A DNA stretch of 58,652 nt from a virus (Duplodnaviria > Caudoviricetes). This document shows positions 51,072 through 58,652 of the stretch, piece by piece. How positions within the stretch are numbered: the stretch's first letter is position 1; every line of letters begins with the position of its first letter. Position numbers and translations under genes: made by a program. The notes beneath the pieces were generated by a model. The model was given only the letters and a program-made list of their open reading frames with translations, had not been told where the DNA came from and made no database searches. The stretch spans positions 1 through 58,652 of the IMG/VR virus record IMGVR_UViG_3300032291_002473; one strand, written 5' to 3'.

Positions 51072-51314
51072 TAGTCTCCTATTTTAAACCTGCTTTGTTA
51101 TAAAAATATTTAGCTACATCAGGTATGTGTTTCTTGTAATAAGGTTGGTTATCTTTGCACCAGTCTTTTACTTCTTGTTTAGTTTTAAATGCACTTTGCC
51201 ATGAACCATTATTCATTATCATTTCAAATGTTGGTTCTAGTTCATCAATAAATGCTTGAACTGTCCAGCCTTCCCATACATGTTTGTTATTTTCCATCAG
51301 TCTTCTATTTTTAA
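51064..51314. repeat. Imperfect direct repeat (24/25 nt) flanking the 72-aa gene
   Basis: TTTTCCATTAGTCTCCTATTTTAA (51064-51087) vs TTTTCCATCAGTCTTCTATTTTTAA (51290-51314): 2 mismatches and 1 gap. Confidence 0.7.
51079..51297 (-). CDS. Small hypothetical protein (72 aa, MENNKHVWEG...)
   Basis: ATG at 51297 overlaps the upstream TGA (TGATG coupling), so it is preferred over the track start at 51330. Flanked by direct repeats. Confidence 0.6.
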   Translation of the reverse strand: MENNKHVWEGWTVQAFIDELEPTFEMIMNNGSWQSAFKTKQEVKDWCKDNQPYYKKHIPDVAKYFYNKAGLK

Positions 51315-51644
51315 TGTTTTTATTGCCCATAGTTCTAGTTTTCCAGATTCAATCATCTTAACCCATTCTTTTGCTGTAGGAATATAATTATTGCAATCTT
51401 CTTTTACATGTTGTTCAGCAACATATCTTGTATATACAGTTTTACCATCAGAATTTATAAATGATGTTCCAAATACTTTTTCACATTCAAATATACCTTC
51501 ACTATGGTGACGGAACATTCTATGCATGCTATGACCTATCCAAGCCTTAGTTTCATCAAGCCACTCATGAATAGCCTGATAATCAGATACTTGACCTCTC
51601 CATTTTTTAACAGATGACTTGCAATGCTCTAAAGGATGACTCAT
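51297..51644 (-). CDS. DUF6915-like His-rich protein
   Basis: HP-x-x-H-x-x-SS...DY-x-x-IH-x-W-x-D-x-x-K...HR-x-x-x-HH-x-x-G...EQHV-x-ED pattern. Confidence 0.65.
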   Translation of the reverse strand: MSHPLEHCKSSVKKWRGQVSDYQAIHEWLDETKAWIGHSMHRMFRHHSEGIFECEKVFGTSFINSDGKTVYTRYVAEQHVKEDCNNYIPTAKEWVKMIESGKLELWAIKTLKIED

Positions 51645-52036
51645 TATTTCTTATTTTTTTCAAACAAGTTACCAGTATGATTAAACTCTTCATAATCAGT
51701 AACTCTTATACTATTTTGAATTTCATAGGTACCTTCTTCAACATCAATATTTACATATCCAAAGCCACCATCATTGTTCCACCAGTCTTCAATGTCATTT
51801 AATAACATTTCATTACAGTAATCTTCAAGCAATGAATATAACTCTGAATTATAATCATTTAAATCATTTCCACCTTCCCAACTTTGTAATTGGTCAAAGT
51901 CAACATCTGGATCAGTTGTAATTCTTATAGACTCAATAGCTCCATCATCTCCACTACCCTCATAGTTTACACATACTTTCTTAATACCTGCATTTACTAA
52001 ACCAATCATAATTGATTCTAATTTATTTTCAGCCAT
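51644..52036 (-). CDS. DUF6878-like acidic protein
   Basis: V-x-Y-x-GSGD-x-G and W-x-NN-x-GG-x-G motifs; adjacent to the DUF6915-like gene. Confidence 0.6.
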   Translation of the reverse strand: MAENKLESIMIGLVNAGIKKVCVNYEGSGDDGAIESIRITTDPDVDFDQLQSWEGGNDLNDYNSELYSLLEDYCNEMLLNDIEDWWNNDGGFGYVNIDVEEGTYEIQNSIRVTDYEEFNHTGNLFEKNKK

Positions 52037-52060
52037 AACTTTTTATTATTTAAACTTATG

Positions 52061-52480
52061 TTATTTAAAACGGAAGAACCTTCCTAATATGTTACCATTA
52101 AGATATTCTTCTTTTTCAAGGACACCATTTACAAATTGTGCTTTTACTTCTTGATATGTAAGCTCCATAGCTGAATAACATATCATAAGCATTTCTCTTT
52201 TAATCAGTACACCTGCTTTGTGTGCTTGCTTAAGTACTTCATTACTACTATAATATCTTTGATATATAGTCTTTCTTACCCTTTTGTATGTTTTCAGTCT
52301 TTTATCAGTTGGCATATTTTTTTTACTCAGTTTTGTTTTTACATCTGCATAAAAATTCTTTTTACCAATATAGCTCACAGATTTGCCGTCAATTATTGCA
52401 GTCATCTCATAGATGAAACCTACTGCATTTTCAGGAATCATATCTTCAGTAAACTCTTTATTTTGATATATCCAACTCAT
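52061..52480 (-). CDS. GIY-YIG family endonuclease (Seg-like, free-standing)
   Basis: GFIYEM...SYIGKK, YYSS, a conserved E, and C-terminal YLNGNI. Confidence 0.75.
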   Translation of the reverse strand: MSWIYQNKEFTEDMIPENAVGFIYEMTAIIDGKSVSYIGKKNFYADVKTKLSKKNMPTDKRLKTYKRVRKTIYQRYYSSNEVLKQAHKAGVLIKREMLMICYSAMELTYQEVKAQFVNGVLEKEEYLNGNILGRFFRFK

Positions 52481-52489
52481 ATTCTAAAT

Positions 52490-52723
52490 TTATACGTCAC
52501 CTAATGGTTTAATTACTACTATAGCTTCATCATGCTCTGTACGTATAAGATCAGCAAGAAGTTCTTTATCTTCAGGAGTTGCATATTCCTCCATTAATGC
52601 AGTCAATTTTGAAATTGCACTTGCAATATGAAGAATAGTTACTTTCTTCATTGTAATCTCTTGAGCAAACTCATTTGAGTTGTCTTTATCATACTTAAAA
52701 TCTATTGTTATTTTACCTTTCAT
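52490..52723 (-). CDS. Hypothetical protein
   Basis: 77-aa ORF overlapping the primase stop. Confidence 0.6.
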   Translation of the reverse strand: MKGKITIDFKYDKDNSNEFAQEITMKKVTILHIASAISKLTALMEEYATPEDKELLADLIRTEHDEAIVVIKPLGDV

Positions 52724-53699
52724 GTATTGCTTTTTTTAATAGTGGAAATAATTCTTCTTTTACTTTTTGTAACCCGTGCTTTTTAATTGAATCTGAGACA
52801 TCTTTCTCCATGTTTAGAACTATATAAGCTAAATCATATCTTTCTTGATACTTTTTCATGGAGTTAATACCTGCTTCATCATTATCAAACATTACACAAA
52901 TGCTTTTATACTTACTCTTTAACTTTTCAATACTAGTTTCTTTTATGATTGTGTTCTCACTATCTGGTGCTATACATTCCACATTATTAAATCCCAGTTT
53001 ATTGAAAGCCATTACATCTTTAAGTGAGGATGTAATTACTAAATAATCTTTAGTCAAGGTCAATTGTTCAGAACCCTGAATATAGTTAGCTATCTTTAAA
53101 AACTTTTTATTCATGTTTTTAGGTTGATAAACCTTATATAATGTACCATCATTTTTAAAGTAGCCATATAAGTTTAACCCTGTAATTGTAATTTCAGATA
53201 TGCTACCATCAGGCTCAGTTTTTGTCATCTTGTAATACTCCAATGGAGATACATTGTATGCTTCTAACATCTTTGAACCAATATGATATTGACCCCAATA
53301 GTTTTGATCAAAATTAGACCAATGTCTTATAGTATAATCAGTTACTTTATAATTATCATAACTTTTAATTTCAGGAGCCTTATATGCTCTATTTCCATTT
53401 AAAAATAACTTGTAATCAACAATGAGTTTAGATATAGCTTCCCCTCTACTTAAATTAAACATACGTTCAATAAGAGATATTGGATCACCCTGTAAACCAG
53501 ATGAAAAATCTTTATACTTATATTTCATACTGTTTGCATCAACATAAATATACATTGACGGTGTCTTCTCAGTTTTAAATACAGATTTAATTTTTATCTG
53601 TTGACCATCAAGTTTTTCTGTAAGATTTAAGTAATGCTCAAATATCCATATCACTGGCACATCACTTATTGAAAGAACATTGTTTTTAGTTGATATCAT
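52713..53699 (-). CDS. dnaG: DnaG-like primase (TOPRIM)
   Basis: EKTPS...YKDFSSG-x-x-GD N-terminal region and TOPRIM FDND-x-AG, in replication context. Confidence 0.75.
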   Translation of the reverse strand: MISTKNNVLSISDVPVIWIFEHYLNLTEKLDGQQIKIKSVFKTEKTPSMYIYVDANSMKYKYKDFSSGLQGDPISLIERMFNLSRGEAISKLIVDYKLFLNGNRAYKAPEIKSYDNYKVTDYTIRHWSNFDQNYWGQYHIGSKMLEAYNVSPLEYYKMTKTEPDGSISEITITGLNLYGYFKNDGTLYKVYQPKNMNKKFLKIANYIQGSEQLTLTKDYLVITSSLKDVMAFNKLGFNNVECIAPDSENTIIKETSIEKLKSKYKSICVMFDNDEAGINSMKKYQERYDLAYIVLNMEKDVSDSIKKHGLQKVKEELFPLLKKAIHER

Positions 53700-53715
53700 A
53701 ATTTTTAACTTTAAT

Positions 53716-53746
53716 AAAAAAGGGAGCCTTTTTCTGACTCCCTTTT
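53716..53746 (-). terminator. Terminator after the putative SSB gene
   Basis: AAAAGGGAG/CTCCCTTTT stem with flanking A/T tracts. Confidence 0.75.
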
Positions 53747-53755
53747 AAACTATTG

Positions 53756-54442
53756 TTAGTCTAAATCAAAGTCAGAAGCTACCTTGTTTGGTACTGATAA
53801 GTCATCTTCACCTGATCCGAATGCATCTACTTTTTTAGCTTCAAGCTTTTTCAAGTGTAATGTTTCAGAATATAATAAGTGTTTACCTGAACCAAGTTTA
53901 GCAAAGGCAAAACCATCTTTAGAAGATTTTGGCAAATATAAGTCATAATTTGTATAACCTGTTTTACCTTCATACTCTTTACCTGCAACACAGAAGTCCA
54001 TATATTTATCTTTAAATGGAGCTGTCTCATTGAATGCAAGGATGAAGTCTTCAATAGTATCATGCTTGTTATCTTGATCATCAAACCATGCTAACATATC
54101 TAAAGTAGTACAGATAGATTTCAAGAATACTAAGATAGAGTTATCTCTATAAATTTGTACTCCTGATTTAGTAGTACCATCAGCAAATGCATACTGACCA
54201 GCTTTTACTCTACCAATTTGACCTTTGTAATGTCCTAACTCAGGCATATCTTTATTCAACATGAAACCTTCAAACCCTTCAATTGGTTCAGTTTCTACGT
54301 TTAAGATAATCTGTAATGCACCAGGAATAAACTTGAAATCTTCAGCCATTAAGCTATTGATTTTTAATTTATGATTACCTGGAGTAATTGTTTTTGCTAA
54401 TCCATTACCACCTGCTGCTACGTCTTTAGTTCCTATTGCCAT
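53756..54442 (-). CDS. Putative single-stranded DNA-binding protein
   Basis: Lies between the AAA_24 ATPase and the primase. PG-x-H N-terminal strand, acidic C-terminus (DFDLD), followed by its own terminator. Inferred from context. Confidence 0.45.
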   Translation of the reverse strand: MAIGTKDVAAGGNGLAKTITPGNHKLKINSLMAEDFKFIPGALQIILNVETEPIEGFEGFMLNKDMPELGHYKGQIGRVKAGQYAFADGTTKSGVQIYRDNSILVFLKSICTTLDMLAWFDDQDNKHDTIEDFILAFNETAPFKDKYMDFCVAGKEYEGKTGYTNYDLYLPKSSKDGFAFAKLGSGKHLLYSETLHLKKLEAKKVDAFGSGEDDLSVPNKVASDFDLD

Positions 54443-54468
54443 GTTTTCTTATTTTTTTATATTATTAA

Positions 54469-55194
54469 TTATTTATATACTTCATCCCAGTGAGTAGTAA
54501 CCCCACCATTTTCATTTACTTCACTGATTACAATTTCTGCATTTCTTAAATGATCAGGTCTTGCTCCACAAGTAGTCTCCTCATTAGTCTTGAAACTCAA
54601 GATAACCTTGTTACTTTTTCTGAACATATAACCAATTGCATCTGCATTTGCACAGATTAAAGATTTAATTTTACCCGTTAAATCAATATTAGCGGCCATT
54701 ACCATCTCACCTTTATCATCAACTTGTTTGTCTTTGATATGTCCAGATAAGATAATATGATCAGCTAACTTATCTATATAATTCAAAACATCAAAGAATG
54801 CTTCTCTTACATATAAATAACCAGCACCATTAGGTAAAGTAATTACGTTGTCTCCATCATAATTTTTACCCATTGAAGTAGCTTTGTACTTCTTAACTGC
54901 TAACGGCATAACCATTTCTTCCAATGCAGTAACTGTATCAATAGTGATAAACTTATAAGGTTTACCAGCTTCTTCTACAGCTTTACCAACAGCTAATAAC
55001 TCTTTAAGACTGTTAGCTTTTACTTTTAATGCATCCACATAATCAGTACCATTTTCCAAATCAATTATCAAATTGTCTTCTAAACCAGCAAAAGCAGTTG
55101 TCTTACCTGTTTTAGGTTTAGAGTAAATCAATAATCTCTTTGGGTTTGTTCTTGTTGCGCTCACTTTTTTAGTGGGCAATACCAATCCATCCAT
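54469..55194 (-). CDS. AAA_24/Sak4-like P-loop ATPase
   Basis: YSKPKTGKTT Walker A, IIDLENG, TIDTVT Walker B, ILSGH, ADAIGY. Confidence 0.8.
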   Translation of the reverse strand: MDGLVLPTKKVSATRTNPKRLLIYSKPKTGKTTAFAGLEDNLIIDLENGTDYVDALKVKANSLKELLAVGKAVEEAGKPYKFITIDTVTALEEMVMPLAVKKYKATSMGKNYDGDNVITLPNGAGYLYVREAFFDVLNYIDKLADHIILSGHIKDKQVDDKGEMVMAANIDLTGKIKSLICANADAIGYMFRKSNKVILSFKTNEETTCGARPDHLRNAEIVISEVNENGGVTTHWDEVYK

Positions 55195-55197
55195 TTT

Positions 55198-55758
55198 TTA
55201 CTTTATTAAATCATTTAACCATTTTCTGTTACTCACTGGTTTTTTCAATAATATGGCAGCTAGATCTCTTACAGTTAAACTGCTTAGAGGAGCATCTAAA
55301 TCTGAATCCATTATATCATCAAAATCAGGAAATAACCCATTTACTTCAGTCTTTGTAGTTTCAGTCTTATTAGGTTCAGCCTTTACTTTTATCAGTTCTG
55401 ATACAGGAATCAAATACCTCACATGACCTTGGCCATTTGGTTCAGTAGTTTCATATTCCTCATCATAAAATGGGTTATATTTCCATTTATACAAAGTTCT
55501 TGTAGGATCTTCTGGGTCAAGAGCAATACTAGTAAATTCAGTATATATATCTTGTTCTCTACTTAATTCACTCTTAAAGAATCCCATGTGTAAATCATCT
55601 TTACCATAAGGTCTATAAGCACATTTAGGTATAAATAATGGATTAGAAATATCTAATGCATCAAAAACCTTTTGGTGATACTTCACCAACTCTTCAGTCT
55701 TTTCTTTTCTGTTAAATCCACTGGATTGGTTACCAGAGTCTTTTGTTGTTAATCCCAT
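55198..55758 (-). CDS. Hypothetical protein
   Basis: 186-aa ORF within the replication operon. Confidence 0.65.
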   Translation of the reverse strand: MGLTTKDSGNQSSGFNRKEKTEELVKYHQKVFDALDISNPLFIPKCAYRPYGKDDLHMGFFKSELSREQDIYTEFTSIALDPEDPTRTLYKWKYNPFYDEEYETTEPNGQGHVRYLIPVSELIKVKAEPNKTETTKTEVNGLFPDFDDIMDSDLDAPLSSLTVRDLAAILLKKPVSNRKWLNDLIK

Positions 55759-55765
55759 ATATTAA

Positions 55766-55981
55766 TTATTTGGTTCCTATTCTCTTTTCTTGTTGCGGAG
55801 GAGTATTCATTTCTGCAATGCTCATCTTCTCAAATTCAGCTTTAAAAAAGCTTAATCTAGTATCACCATTTCTACATTTTAAGAAATGCAACACCATCAC
55901 TCTATCATTCTCAATTATAAATCTATCAGGGCCATAGAATCTGATCTTTTGTTTTGCTGGTCTATTAATACCTATTACTGT
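55766..55981 (-). CDS. dnaB: DnaB-like replicative helicase, exon 2 (71 aa)
   Basis: TVIGINRP...LHFLKCRNG completes DnaB motifs H3/H4 (K-x-R-x-G) when joined to exon 1. Confidence 0.88.
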   Translation of the reverse strand, partial: TVIGINRPAKQKIRFYGPDRFIIENDRVMVLHFLKCRNGDTRLSFFKAEFEKMSIAEMNTPPQQEKRIGTK

Positions 55982-56253
55982 CAATTTTGTTATCACAAGA
56001 ACTCTTTATTTCCTGTTTCACTAGTTTCATTTAGTTATTGCTAGTGTTCAGACTATCTCATCATATAAGTAGACAACCTTTGGTAGGTTCTTATATGTTC
56101 CGCACTCGTGGTACTTCATCTTCTCCAACACCATTTGGTAAGAAGGTATGTACTAGTCGTTGATCCTTCAATGTATTTCTACAAAGCTTGGATTAGGGTT
56201 GTCCTCTTCAGGGTTTTCCCAGATTCACGGAATTTAAAGCGGACTCAGTAAGT

Positions 56254-57051
56254 TTATTTAAAATGTATTTTATACAACATTGATTCACACATGTGAGGTA
56301 ACACTAAATCATTAAAAGTAACTACACTATCTGCTTTTATGTAGATTATAAAATTACTACCTGCTTTAGTTATGGTAGTATTAATATTAAACTGTAAAAG
56401 TCTTTGACAAAGTGTAATAATTTCCTCTATAGAAAAACAATTTGTTGCTAAGTTGTAGCCAGATTTTGCTTTAGAACCATCATCCATAAACCATATTGCA
56501 AGAATAAGTGGTGTTAATTCAAAAGTATCAAAAGGAATTTCTTTCTTGCTTTTGTACCAACTATCTCTATATTTATTAAATACTATATTTTGTATAGTTT
56601 CAATATTATACTGAATATAATTAGGCTTTTTAAATCTTATGTCAAATCTAGAGGCTTTTCTAAAATAACATTTAATATGTTCTTTTATTAAGTTGTACTT
56701 ATACTCAACATACTTTTTTTGTTTTTTACCGTGTTTAATTACTAAAGATGAATTCTTATTTCTTGCTTTTGATTTTCCAACTTCTCTTTTATAAGGTGAT
56801 ATATAACCATCTCCTAATAAGGAACCTACAATAATTTCATGTAATTTTCCACTAATTGCAGATACATCTTTACTTTTAGGAGCATACTTTCTTTCAAGAA
56901 GCATACTTACTTGTTTTTTAAGACCTGCATGCCTTATAGCTCTATTTATTGTTGCTGTGGAGCAATCATACTTAGCAGCAAGTTGTTTAATGTTAAGCAT
57001 TTGAAAAAATTCATCTTTTTTTAACTCATGTGATATCTCTATTGTTGTCAT
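56254..57051 (-). CDS. Intron-encoded LAGLIDADG homing endonuclease with N-terminal HTH
   Basis: Two LAGLIDADG-type helices (IIVGSLLGDG, LAIWFMDDG) and an N-terminal IKQLAAKYDCSTATINR HTH-like segment. Confidence 0.9.
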   Translation of the reverse strand: MTTIEISHELKKDEFFQMLNIKQLAAKYDCSTATINRAIRHAGLKKQVSMLLERKYAPKSKDVSAISGKLHEIIVGSLLGDGYISPYKREVGKSKARNKNSSLVIKHGKKQKKYVEYKYNLIKEHIKCYFRKASRFDIRFKKPNYIQYNIETIQNIVFNKYRDSWYKSKKEIPFDTFELTPLILAIWFMDDGSKAKSGYNLATNCFSIEEIITLCQRLLQFNINTTITKAGSNFIIYIKADSVVTFNDLVLPHMCESMLYKIHFK

Positions 57052-57065
57052 ATTATTAGTTTTTA

Positions 57066-57073
57066 CAAATATA
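57066..57073 (-). promoter_or_regulatory. Bacteroidota-type -7 element upstream of the intron HEG
   Basis: TATATTTG on the minus strand, 14 nt before the HEG ATG, inside the intron. Confidence 0.5.
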
Positions 57074-57119
57074 GTAATTTTTACTAATTGACACTTTATT
57101 ACAAACTTTTTTCTTTTTA

Positions 57120-57908
57120 ATCCGCATGTTGTAATAATGCATCAGCACCAAATATGTCTGACTCTAATACATAATTACCATACTTACCATCTTCTGATCT
57201 TTCAGGGTTATCAATATTTCTATTTAACTGACTTAATATTATAAATGCAATAGGGTATATTCTTTTCAATGAAGTCAATGCCTCACCAAAATTGTTTAAT
57301 GTTTCATTCTTATCCTTTTCAGTCTGAGCTTTTTTAACAAGTAAAGAGTGATCCACAGATATCAATGTTTTCTTATAGTGTCTTACACCATTTTCATCAA
57401 CAGTAGAATAATAAGCCATGTATTCATGAATAGTTCTGATAAATTCATCTACAGTACATGGTTTTTCTACAACATCAATTGGATACTTTACTTTTTGTTT
57501 AGCATAGTCATAACACTTTTGTAAATCTTCAGGACTCAATTGTCCATCAGCACTACATAAATACTTATATGACTTACCAATTATACTTGAGTACTCTCTA
57601 ATTGCAGAAGATCTAGCTAACATTTCAAACTGAAACTGTAATACTCTAAAGTCTTCAGCTGGATTTAAAAGAAATGACTCTCTTACTATTTGTTCTACTA
57701 TAAGTGTCTTACCACTTGCAGGTCGGCCCGAAATTATAGTTACAGTATTCCATTCAATACCATCAGTCATTGCATCATTAAATTTAGGCCATGGAGTTCT
57801 AAGACTTTTAATCTCACCTGCCATTCTACCTTTTAAATAATGCAAGGATTCTTGAAAACCTTCTTTCTGACTATTCCACTTTAATGGTGTTTCTGCTTTT
57901 CTCAACAT
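57120..57908 (-). CDS. dnaB: DnaB-like replicative helicase, exon 1 (263 aa)
   Basis: Walker A GRPASGKT, FQFEM, SVDH Walker B, LSQLNR and SDIFGADALLQHAD. Spliced product is 334 aa. Confidence 0.9.
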
Positions 57909-57921
57909 TTTTATGCAACTA

Positions 57922-58098
57922 TTAAATAACTTTTAACTTGACCCTGTTAAAACTAGCATGCATAACACTAATAATTATCTCAACTACTATAAAATTAATT
58001 ACACTAATCTCAACAATAAAAGCATTAGTTACCGCATAGCCAAACAGAGTTCCCACTACCGCACAGAGCAATAGTGATACTCTTGACAATTTACGCAT
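57922..58098 (-). CDS. Small predicted two-helix membrane protein (58 aa; not in ORF track)
   Basis: Manually translated as MRKLSRVSLLLCAVVGTLFGYAVTNAFIVEISVINFIVVEIIISVMHASFNRVKLKVI*. TAATG-coupled to the upstream gene. Confidence 0.55.
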   Translation of the reverse strand: MRKLSRVSLLLCAVVGTLFGYAVTNAFIVEISVINFIVVEIIISVMHASFNRVKLKVI

Positions 58099-58652
58099 TA
58101 TACAACTCTTTCTTTAAAATGTGTTTGTGTTGGGTCTTCTCCACCGTTTAACAACATATCACAATAATTAGCTAACTCGGAGTCATATGTTTTATCTGAT
58201 CCTTGCTTTCTAATAAAATATTGTGATGTTCTCATATACTTAAATCCATTTACTTCATATTCATCAACATACTTTCTTGTAGCATCAAGTATGGTTTCCC
58301 ATGAGTAACTGTGTGATTCAAAGAACCACTTGAAATTATTCTCAAGATTCTTCTTATCTGACCTAGCATATTTACCACTTGGGAGTTTAAATTTAGGAAA
58401 AATATCTAAATAAGTTTCAATATTTTCCATAAAGTTTTCACCCATTACACTGGTACTTGTTTTCTTTTTACTTGTCTTAAAGTATCCGTCTAAATCTTGC
58501 AAGAGAATTATTGACTTACCTTCAAGTGTTAAATCAGCTCCCAACCAACTACTTGATTGTAAGCGTTTTACCTCTAATGCATCATTGACAAAATCATTTG
58601 TTTTGATTTTATGTTTGATACAATAAAGTATATACAACTGATTTGGACTCAG
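58098..58652 (-). CDS. Hypothetical replication-associated protein (5' truncated)
   Basis: The frame is open to the window edge. Upstream of the helicase. ILDATRKYV...YMRTSQYFI resembles C-termini of phage replication initiator-like proteins (weak). Confidence 0.5.
   Translation of the reverse strand: MSPNQLYILYCIKHKIKTNDFVNDALEVKRLQSSSWLGADLTLEGKSIILLQDLDGYFKTSKKKTSTSVMGENFMENIETYLDIFPKFKLPSGKYARSDKKNLENNFKWFFESHSYSWETILDATRKYVDEYEVNGFKYMRTSQYFIRKQGSDKTYDSELANYCDMLLNGGEDPTQTHFKERVV

Larger units (their letters stand above)
55982..57119 (-). mobile_element. Group I self-splicing intron (1138 nt) with homing endonuclease gene
   Basis: Exon 1 ends in U; the intron starts UAA and ends in G. 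P1: GCGGAU with GUCCGC (56239-56244). P10: UUACUG (56246-56251) with exon 2 CAGUAA. P3: UUCCG/CGGAA. P7: GACUA (56154-56158)/UAGUC (56051-56055), with R-like UCAACGACUA and S-like GAGAUAGUC. Confidence 0.93.

Noticed and set aside
51298-51330. Track start at 51330 for the 83-aa ORF
   Set aside because: It overlaps the upstream gene by 34 nt. The TGATG-coupled ATG at 51297 is more plausible.
52061-52480. GIY-YIG gene as part of a second intron
   Set aside because: The flanks are only 10-25 nt, with no ribozyme core and no interrupted host gene.
46984-55937. Short + strand or alternate-frame ORFs within the replication block
   Set aside because: They overlap well-supported genes and have no independent evidence.
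55766-57908. dnaB as a pseudogene, two separate genes, or an intein-containing gene
   Set aside because: An in-frame TAA follows exon 1 and there are no intein splice residues. Group I intron pairings explain the split exactly, and the track's GTG start at 55996 lies inside the intron.
1-58652. Stop-codon reassignment as seen in some crAss-like phages
   Set aside because: Very long ORFs are intact under the standard code, and TGA and TAG occur at plausible gene ends (e.g. 20264, 51079).
1-58652. CRISPR array, tRNA genes, diversity-generating retroelement
   Set aside because: No regularly spaced repeats, cloverleaf, reverse transcriptase or TR/VR pair was seen by eye. Intergenic space is minimal.

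Overview
AT-rich fragment of a crAss-like (Crassvirales-type, probably Bacteroidota-infecting) dsDNA phage genome with two convergent gene blocks that meet at a bidirectional terminator (~40.58 kb). The + strand block (1-40546) is structural: two tail fibre/spike genes, an HU/IHF-like gene, two probable tail ring proteins, a 1734-aa tail stabilisation/muzzle-like protein, then seven probable virion cargo/ejection proteins. These include a 1980-aa protein with a PD-(D/E)XK nuclease domain and a 3680-aa single-chain RNA polymerase (DGQG, RIP and DFDVD motifs) carrying an HExxH zincin and a repeat-flanked DUF4326-like module. The - strand block (40612-end) is replication/early: MazG-like pyrophosphatase, DUF932-like protein, family B DNA polymerase, exonuclease, MoxR-type AAA+ with a vWA/HExxH partner, GIY-YIG nuclease, primase, putative SSB, AAA_24 ATPase, and a DnaB helicase split by a 1138-nt group I intron with a LAGLIDADG gene in the P1 loop. 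Most notable patterns: (i) the only cysteines in the three consecutive giant cargo proteins sit at their abutting termini, suggesting a head-to-tail disulfide chain; (ii) the three upstream cargo proteins are punctuated by hydrophobic-x-x-G-G motifs and share a small repeated element; (iii) direct-repeat-bounded cassettes occur in the RNAP tail and the early region. All family calls come from motif recognition by eye; no searches were run.
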